Source: an uncultured bacterium (lineage in GTDB: Bacteria > Oederibacteriota > JAAXVQ01 > JAUVAV01). From it: a stretch of 64,000 bases of DNA. Numbering within the stretch: the stretch's first letter is position 1; each line of letters starts with the position of its first letter. The notes beneath the pieces are model-generated. The model made no database searches, had not been told where the DNA came from, and was given only the letters and a program-made list of their open reading frames with translations. Below are positions 58,101 through 64,000 of the stretch, piece after piece. Made by a program: the position numbers and the translations under genes. The stretch covers positions 320,001 to 384,000 of the forward strand of contig CAVQBK010000003.1 in assembly GCA_963710755.1 (NCBI GenBank). Reading direction: 5' to 3'.

Positions 58101-61029
58101 AATCTTCCGTTTACCCAACCTAGCTATCTCCGAGATAAACTTTAATGACCATGAAGTTAAAAGAGGTCTTTTTAATACGGTCCGTCCTATCACTTATCAT
58201 GGTAAACGCTGTGCTTTGATAATGAGCCGTTTTTTTGATCTCAATGAAGACCTACCTGGATCGGATCGCGATACCCTGAAAGAACTCTTTAATATTGGCA
58301 GTCCTGCAGAAGCAAATGAATTGCTGGAATTAAAGCTAAAGCACATGACGCAAGTGCAAAAAGAACCCACTTTAAACGTTCATGACAAGCCCGGCCTTTT
58401 GGCCCTGGTCCACAATCAACAAGGTAAACTTATTGGCTACCTCAGCGAGTGGGTAGAAGGGGCTTCTTTGGAAGACCTGATTAAAACCGGACTTATTAGC
58501 GGCGCGGTCTTTGAAAAAACAATTGTAGAAGCCGAGGAGACCTTGGCGCATCTTCATAAACAAGGTCTCCTCCATGGTGATCCCACCATTAGCAATTGGA
58601 TGGTGCAGTTACAGGATCAGGAAGAAACAGAAGGTCGCTTTGTGGATTTGGGCCCCAACCTGCCAGGATGGACTATGGCCCAGGACAACAATATATTTAA
58701 AGATGATGTTTTGACTGGGCGCGGGGAACTATTATTTTTAGAGTTAGCTAGTCGTGCCGTAGCAGGCTGGCTGGAAAGTCTTAGTAGTGCCATGCTTTTA
58801 GCCAAACCTGAGGAACAACGCAAGTTGAGAGACCATCAACAAACCCTGTTGGCCACACTGCAAGAAAACGGGCTGAGCATGGACAATATTCTTAAAGTCT
58901 ACGCCTGGATTGGTGATTATAAGGACCAAGCACGCGATCAGAGTGGCCAGCATGGGCAGGCTCTAACCGATATTCCCGCATTTAAGGCGAAGTTTGAGGA
59001 AAAAGTTGAGCCGGTTCTGACGGCTCTTGAACAATTTCGAGAGCTGCTTTATGACCTACGGCAGCAACCCTTGACCTTCGGTTTATCACCTGTCGATGAG
59101 GTGGCCAAAGCCATGGCTGCAACTAAAGAAAAGCAGACGCCATCAGCCCCTGGCGCCATGATGGGCTGGTTGAAAACCCTGTATGTGAATAAGAAAATAA
59201 GCGCAGCCCATAAACAAAATAAATTTAGTCGTGAGAAGCAAGCGACTTTGAAGGACCATTACGAGCGGCACTATCAAGCCTGGGGCGCAGTGGTCTTAGA
59301 AATGCTACCGTTGGGATTAACGGCTGTATCGATTTTAGGAGCTGCGCTGATCGCTTGGATGACTGGTTTTTTACATCCTACCGCAGGATTATCTGATCTG
59401 CTGCGGTTGGTGCATGCCCTGACCTGGCTTAGCTTTCCTCTCTGGCATTTGGTCCCGGCGGATCATCGCGGCTGGCAAGCCTTGCGTCAAGGTCAATTTA
59501 AAAAAACATTTAAGCTTTTAACCAAGGCGGACAAAATGAATGCCGTCGTGGCCACTTTTTTCGCAGCAGCCATGGCTTTGCTCAGCTTTTCTTCAATGTC
59601 ATTATGGCTGATAGTCATTCTGGGGCAAGTATTCCATGAGATCATTAATCTGATCGGGTTTGTAATCAGATATGGCCCGTCCGGATTTAATACCCCAGGG
59701 CTCAAGAAGGGAATTAAATCTATTTTACAAACGGTTAAAAAAGGTTTTACCTGGCCGGGACGTTTATGGGCCAGCTTTTATGACCATGCTATTTTTTATC
59801 CATTAGAGTTCCGTCAGGTTAATAAAAATCAACCATCAGCGCAAGAGAAACAGCAACGCTGGCGTAACCTAACATCCTGGCACTTTTTCGTTTTGGCAGC
59901 TGTGCTGGTAATTTTGATGGTATTACGCAGCCAAAGCCATGCAGCAATAATGTCCCTATTTGATAACACCAAGATTTTTCAAGGGAGTTCAGGTTTGCTT
60001 TTCCCCCTACTGTTGGAGACCCTGGGCCTGGTGCGGGTAGCCCATCCCGAAACAGAACCAAAAGTGGTACTGGATAAATCTAAAGGCAACCTTAGCAGTA
60101 TCCCAGAAAGACAGGAGAACCGCAGCCGCTTATATGGCCGCTCGCGCAGCCGTCCGGCCTGGGAACCATTGCAACTCATTCGTTGGCCCCGCGTTATTTA
60201 CTTAGGCCTGCTCTGGGGGTTATTCCAGGTGGTTAATCGTGTCGTCGGACCATCTCGGCGATTAGGAGATAAGGCTTGGCCGCAACAGCGCTGGAATGAT
60301 CTACTCAGACAGTACTTTCCTGCCAATAGCCAGGAATCCGTTTACTTTAATCCGCTTCAGGTCAGGCGCGGAGCGTACACAGGACGAGGAGTGGATGATT
60401 TTTTGGGACAATACAGTACCACAGCAGAAGGAGAAGCCGAGCTAAATCTTCATCCTCAATTGGCGGCTGTGGTGCTTGCTTCGCCCCGCAATGACCGCTT
60501 AGGCCGTTTCCAACAACAACTGGGCCGCACGCTGGTACGCCAGCTGCTTTATTATCGCAGTGCTCAATTTTACGGCCAAACCTTGAGTCAACAGTGGCAA
60601 CAAGCGTGGCAGAATAAGGGCAGCTTCTTTAAACGCTATCAGGGCTGGCATTGGTTGGCAGGGTTTAACAATCCATCACTTCTTGAAGCCTATGGCATTG
60701 TCCTGCGATTACGCGGGATTGGATCACAAGCGTACTTTTACGAACAGTTATGTGATGTTTTGGAACAATCCATGGCCAGAGAAAAAAGCCCAGAGGACTT
60801 GGCCTCACTTGCCACGCTTTTGATAGCATTAGACTCACATGGGCCGGCGATTTATCAAATTTCTGATGTCCACAGCCAAACGGTTATCAGGGTACCGGCC
60901 GTGCTTTATAAGCAACGAAAGGACTTGGTTAGGCGTTTGCAAAACCTATTAAAGACTTGGCCATTAACGGAAACTCAAAAAAGAAAGCGCCACCGACGGC
61001 CCCAGGTGACTATCCATCAAGCAGCCTAA
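55114..61029 (+). CDS. 1971-aa modular multi-membrane protein with N-terminal HxxDxH/EG/GGFH domain and internal protein-kinase-like domain
   Basis: Uninterrupted 5.9-kb ORF; signal-like N-terminus; HIEDLH, LEGASG, GGFH; SEWVEG..L, LHKQGLLHGDPTISNW, VDLG; several TM clusters. Confidence 0.85.
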   Translation: MTIRTLFKHQALRLLVTILQLCLLAPDYAWALHPGQFRARPNEFIFHGKAMIIPSQFGRIQSQALATRPKGLVLHIEDLHCHAEVQQNIASLLNYLQVHTRLSLVGLEGASGPVPTDKLKTFPLAQIRSQLGVYLMRQGRLSGAELFATLSSNHIELMGMEDQTSYDRSYQLALSFLDEETAGSLWDLRALFNDLKPRIYSKPLMAFDQGKEAFEQGRWPLINYLKHLKRFARAQGMKGKAFTLVNAYLKYGQSNFITSEDLHEAAYVLDRSLRNNLYINNEEKELDDKLNLLDRMEKGLSLSMTPQEWTAWQTEGNGLKQMVRFLEHHQVDVQMLLEPVAALGKKIKAVQAFYYLADERSRQLADHLTIQMKNRGLPLAVLVTGGFHTSGVKQRLINQGYSVVTIRPRITKQDLVNPYLDRLRHHYSPLEKLLAQNQKALALPPGLLQPEVKDKIDVLFKALLCYRYRHLLAEDVNLFWSQLRKMLDTYPHNNHAIQLNASGVKLLSGQVLQINLLTKIKKMFLTVGARQEQAQGREQMDITNRISVTYWDKEPAEASPGYRAGENNRRRRFHHAKTKVLTVARGLMIATMSWWSQTVWGNPSGYRKIVALEDVVFSQEMLTILVILWVAFAGFWAVVGVVHWIIKIIKNGKKQKNAQPPEAFYPGVTLSQKLDNYYEHQIHSKLDKNQIDLYALYLLSLDHTKSTTQNMIFREFLNRENGLDYMIFKKEAIIEAAQQLARSTDYPKEKIMAIPKTISNAIDGIKNQYQVVPKALAKLVQYHLPGLIDLSAFLSGLAVKQQLKFKNGQLEAWQDYGLAQHKAGVVNTPAGPLVSFQFPFDEETHTGKSERFFQGALISLLLLSMAMVTGLFTPTLPSGMVSLVSRHLPLWLGIKVLNLFVLVPQLMLAGVAAGLLLFILHMWGQYALFLRSGPSAPWIIMSSSLLQGMALGLGSFSTSRTRQPGVGNKKHLFWGNLHQLGLIESIRKMAKKINQRIFRLPNLAISEINFNDHEVKRGLFNTVRPITYHGKRCALIMSRFFDLNEDLPGSDRDTLKELFNIGSPAEANELLELKLKHMTQVQKEPTLNVHDKPGLLALVHNQQGKLIGYLSEWVEGASLEDLIKTGLISGAVFEKTIVEAEETLAHLHKQGLLHGDPTISNWMVQLQDQEETEGRFVDLGPNLPGWTMAQDNNIFKDDVLTGRGELLFLELASRAVAGWLESLSSAMLLAKPEEQRKLRDHQQTLLATLQENGLSMDNILKVYAWIGDYKDQARDQSGQHGQALTDIPAFKAKFEEKVEPVLTALEQFRELLYDLRQQPLTFGLSPVDEVAKAMAATKEKQTPSAPGAMMGWLKTLYVNKKISAAHKQNKFSREKQATLKDHYERHYQAWGAVVLEMLPLGLTAVSILGAALIAWMTGFLHPTAGLSDLLRLVHALTWLSFPLWHLVPADHRGWQALRQGQFKKTFKLLTKADKMNAVVATFFAAAMALLSFSSMSLWLIVILGQVFHEIINLIGFVIRYGPSGFNTPGLKKGIKSILQTVKKGFTWPGRLWASFYDHAIFYPLEFRQVNKNQPSAQEKQQRWRNLTSWHFFVLAAVLVILMVLRSQSHAAIMSLFDNTKIFQGSSGLLFPLLLETLGLVRVAHPETEPKVVLDKSKGNLSSIPERQENRSRLYGRSRSRPAWEPLQLIRWPRVIYLGLLWGLFQVVNRVVGPSRRLGDKAWPQQRWNDLLRQYFPANSQESVYFNPLQVRRGAYTGRGVDDFLGQYSTTAEGEAELNLHPQLAAVVLASPRNDRLGRFQQQLGRTLVRQLLYYRSAQFYGQTLSQQWQQAWQNKGSFFKRYQGWHWLAGFNNPSLLEAYGIVLRLRGIGSQAYFYEQLCDVLEQSMAREKSPEDLASLATLLIALDSHGPAIYQISDVHSQTVIRVPAVLYKQRKDLVRRLQNLLKTWPLTETQKRKRHRRPQVTIHQAA

Positions 61030-61096
61030 AACAGGAAGTTTTATTAAATCAGTGAGGTTGGCTCCAAGGTCGGGTTAACAAGGGCCGCAAGCGATT

Positions 61097-61131
61097 AAAG
61101 AGCAGGCGCAAGAAAGAGCGCCTGCTCTTTT
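61097..61131. terminator. Bidirectional intrinsic terminator
   Basis: AAAGAGCAGGCGC/GCGCCTGCTCTTT between convergent genes. Confidence 0.88.
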
Positions 61132-61160
61132 GGATTTAAACACGAGTTGTCCGCGAGTGA

Positions 61161-61415
61161 TTATTCAGCTGGAGCCGTTTCTTCCACTTTCTTAACTTCC
61201 TTTACTTTTTTAACTTTTTTCTTGGTCCCTTTTTTATGTTTTTTAACTTTTTTCTTGGTTTTCTTTTCTACCTTTATCTTTTCTTTTTTAGCGGGCGCAG
61301 CTGCAGTGGTTTGATCAGCAGCAGCGGCAGCTTCTTCTTCAGCCACCGCATAGGCAGCCAAAGACATGCCAAACATTATAGCCAATACGAGTGCTAGAAA
61401 CTTTTTCATGTGCAT
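61161..61415 (-). CDS. Exported Lys-rich low-complexity small protein (84 aa)
   Basis: AAGGAG RBS; signal peptide; KKEKIKVEKKTKKKVKKHKK... Confidence 0.8.
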   Translation of the reverse strand: MHMKKFLALVLAIMFGMSLAAYAVAEEEAAAAADQTTAAAPAKKEKIKVEKKTKKKVKKHKKGTKKKVKKVKEVKKVEETAPAE

Positions 61416-61781
61416 GGTCTCCTTAAGACGAGTTTTGCCGGCCCATATATTAAAAGCAATTGCCGCGCCAATCCAGACATGACCTTTTTTTTTATATAAA
61501 CACTTAATAAACAATCCTTTTTTTAAGAGGGTACTATAAACCGGTTCCACTCAAGTTCAAGTTATGTGACCATTTGCCGCAAGCCAAGCAAAAATGCCAC
61601 AACATCATTGTCTTGGCAGAATATCTGTCCTGCAAAAAGAGGAGGCCACGGGAGTCATGGAATCACCGCAAAGGAAAGGTGTGTGGTGGCTTAACAAAAG
61701 ATGCTGGCTTTTGGCCGTACTGGTTAGGTTATCAGGTTGAGGATGGTCCCAACTGTAAACCAACCGGGAGCATAACTTTTT

Positions 61782-62684
61782 TTAACGTACGGAATCACGG
61801 CCCAGGAGCATGTCCCCAAGGATGGACAAATAGTCTCCAAGGGAGATGACTACCGACCCTTCGGGCAGAGGCAGCCGGCCTGGGAAGGGGCGGCCATAAA
61901 TCCTGGTTTGGGTATGATGCAAGACGTGTTCCTGAGCATCATGATGGGTCATCCATAAAAAGAGTTTTTCCAGCCAGGTGTGGGCGCGCAGGTTTCTGGT
62001 TTTGATATTGCGCTGTTGCCAGTCACCTTCCACATAAAGGTTGCCGTGTTCTACCAGCTGGGAGTGGTGAAGCAGCATGGAGCCAAGGCCATAAGTCAAC
62101 GCATAAGGAATGAGGATTTGTACCACCGTGGCCTGAAAGAGGAAATGGCTAAGCAGACCCAAGCTGGTGAAGATTACTGCGGTCACCAGCACTGTAAGCA
62201 AGGTCTGACTCAACCGGAATTTGGCTGCATAGCGGGGATGGCGGGGAATGGCGATGAGGGACATGAGCAACACAAAGCCCACCCCCAAGGTGATTTCCAG
62301 AAATTGATAAACCATGCGGCCAAAGCGGTTATTGATTCTACCGAGCGGATGGAATTCCCGGTCATCATAAGTATTGACCTCGGCATGATGATGGCCATGG
62401 AGCAGACGGTAAATCTGGGGATCAGTAAGCAGCAGATAAGCGAAGATTTGGTAGAAAAAAAGATTAGGCACGTTGGGCACATACTTATGCCAGGCTTCGT
62501 GCATCAAATAGCCCATCCAGGTAAAAAAATAAAGTCCAGGAAAAAGGACCAACCCCAAGCTGGGCCAACCCCAGGCAGCATAAGCCCCGGGTAGGAGCAG
62601 TAAATATAAACACCAGCCCGTCAACACCAGATAATAATTGCGGGCCTGGCGCTGAATTTCTTCAGAAGTAATGGTCTCCATCAT
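61782..62684 (-). CDS. Membrane fatty acid desaturase family protein
   Basis: His boxes HEAWH, HGHHH, HVLHH. Confidence 0.88.
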   Translation of the reverse strand: MMETITSEEIQRQARNYYLVLTGWCLYLLLLPGAYAAWGWPSLGLVLFPGLYFFTWMGYLMHEAWHKYVPNVPNLFFYQIFAYLLLTDPQIYRLLHGHHHAEVNTYDDREFHPLGRINNRFGRMVYQFLEITLGVGFVLLMSLIAIPRHPRYAAKFRLSQTLLTVLVTAVIFTSLGLLSHFLFQATVVQILIPYALTYGLGSMLLHHSQLVEHGNLYVEGDWQQRNIKTRNLRAHTWLEKLFLWMTHHDAQEHVLHHTQTRIYGRPFPGRLPLPEGSVVISLGDYLSILGDMLLGRDSVR

Positions 62685-62878
62685 TCACCTGCTTAACTTG
62701 GACGGTTACGATCTGAATTACAGCATGAAATTGATTTCGTCAAGCGTTAAATCCATAGGCCGGACCTGATGAAGCCCTGGCGTATGGTTTGAATAATAAG
62801 TATTATAATTAAACTTAATTCCATCCACCAGGTCTAAGTAGCGTAAGCACTGGGAAGCAGGATCGAGGAGGTGAAGCT

Positions 62879-63304
62879 ATGAGCACTTCTCAATTGTTCG
62901 TTAATCTGCCGGTCAAGAATCTGGAAAAATCTAAACTATTTTTTTCAAAATTGGGGTACAGTTTTAATGACCAATTTACCGACGAAAATGCGGCTTGTAT
63001 GGTTCTAGGTGGCGACAATTTTATTATGTTGCTGTCTGAAGAATTTTTCCAAAGCTTTACCAATAAATCCATTGCCAATGCCCACACCACCACCGAAGTC
63101 ATTGTCACCGTCAGTTTGCCTACTAAGGAGAGTGTTAATGACTTGGTGGGTAAAGCCATGCAAGCGGGCGGTACTACCAGTAAGCCGCCTATGGACCAGG
63201 GCTGGATGTATGGCTGGGGATTTCAGGATATGGACGGTCATTTGTGGGAAGCCGTCTATATGGATCCAACAGCCTTGGCCAAAACACCGGCGAAGGCAGG
63301 TTAA
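62879..63304 (+). CDS. VOC/glyoxalase family protein
   Basis: FVNLPV..L, F..QFTD, MY...F.D.DGH.WE. Confidence 0.92.
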   Translation: MSTSQLFVNLPVKNLEKSKLFFSKLGYSFNDQFTDENAACMVLGGDNFIMLLSEEFFQSFTNKSIANAHTTTEVIVTVSLPTKESVNDLVGKAMQAGGTTSKPPMDQGWMYGWGFQDMDGHLWEAVYMDPTALAKTPAKAG

Positions 63305-63340
63305 AAAGCCTACAGGCCCCAAGGAAGGGACTGCTTAACA

Positions 63341-64000
63341 TCAAAGGTGCAGCTGGTCAATTTTATTGAGCATGGCCTGGTAATGACTGCCTTGCCAGTA
63401 GACATGACCGCATTGGCGGCATTGAAAGAAGTGATGCTGCTGTGAGCGGATGCGCGGCGGCACCAGGGGGTGGACCAGAGAGGGTTTGACCATGGAGATA
63501 AGACCATTACACTTTAGGCAGCGGGTAAAGGGGCGCAGGCACCGGGTCAAGTGGTAGCGCCTGGCCACAGCTCGCACTTGTTGAATAGGAGCGGTGGTGC
63601 GCAAACAGTAGCCCAGGCGCACCTGATGGTATTTGAGAATGCCGCGATCACGAGTGAGGATAATGCGCTGTTGTTCCACAGCCAGAGTTACGATATCTTT
63701 GTCCGGAAATTGAGCCCGGTAAAGACAATCAAATCCAAGCAGGCGCAAGGTTTTGGCCAGTTTACCCAGATGGCCATCGAGTACAAACGCCGGTGAGGGA
63801 GGAATGGCAGGCCAGAGCGCCGGGTGGGGGTAGAGATTGGGTGTGAAGGGCGGATACACCTGGATGACATCATGCGGATGCAAGCGGTGGCTGAAATCAA
63901 CCCACTGCTTGTTGATCATAATACCATTAATTTCCGTATGAGGAATGCCGGCTGCTTCTACGGTATCCTTGACAGCAGGCGATCCCAGTATGGTTATGGT
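63341..64000 (-). CDS. Ub-Mut7C + Mut7-C RNase (PIN) domain protein, 5' truncated by window
   Basis: Frame open to base 64000 (VKD.VEA.GIPHTE); DGHLGKLA..LRLLGFD, LTRD, RC..CN, C..C..VYW.GSH. Confidence 0.92.
   Translation of the reverse strand, partial: TITILGSPAVKDTVEAAGIPHTEINGIMINKQWVDFSHRLHPHDVIQVYPPFTPNLYPHPALWPAIPPSPAFVLDGHLGKLAKTLRLLGFDCLYRAQFPDKDIVTLAVEQQRIILTRDRGILKYHQVRLGYCLRTTAPIQQVRAVARRYHLTRCLRPFTRCLKCNGLISMVKPSLVHPLVPPRIRSQQHHFFQCRQCGHVYWQGSHYQAMLNKIDQLHL

Noticed and set aside
62765-62800. Hammerhead ribozyme (CTGATGA core)
   Set aside because: Followed by GAAT rather than GAAA, stem II is imperfect, and stems I and III are not found.

Overview
64 kb of a diderm, probably anaerobic bacterium (roughly 50% GC by eye; phylum not assignable with confidence). 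It has no integrase, transposase, CRISPR array or rRNA. Left to right it holds: pstSCAB; radC; a His kinase/response regulator pair; a fixC-fixX-flavoprotein-5-FCL operon; tRNA-Arg(ACG)-tadA-tRNA-Ser(GGA) with 53-bp tRNA-linked repeats, then tRNA-Ser(CGA); a Ni/Co ECF importer; tRNA-Ala; FapA; a CusCBA-type efflux cluster; a GNAT-cNMP-methyltransferase fusion divergent from a degenerate REC-GAF-HD-GYP protein; an envelope locus (two WxxGxW-repeat proteins and a collagen-like lipoprotein, all carrying frameshifts, plus two beta-barrels); ygiQ; an AKR; a TetR-controlled TolC/HlyD/ABC exporter; two PilZ genes; and a 1971-aa modular multi-membrane protein. That large protein is the best candidate for an undescribed system: it has an N-terminal HxxDxH/EG/GGFH domain and an internal protein-kinase-like domain, its leader is structured, and it is transcribed divergently from the PilZ genes. 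All family calls come from motifs recognised by eye; no searches were run.
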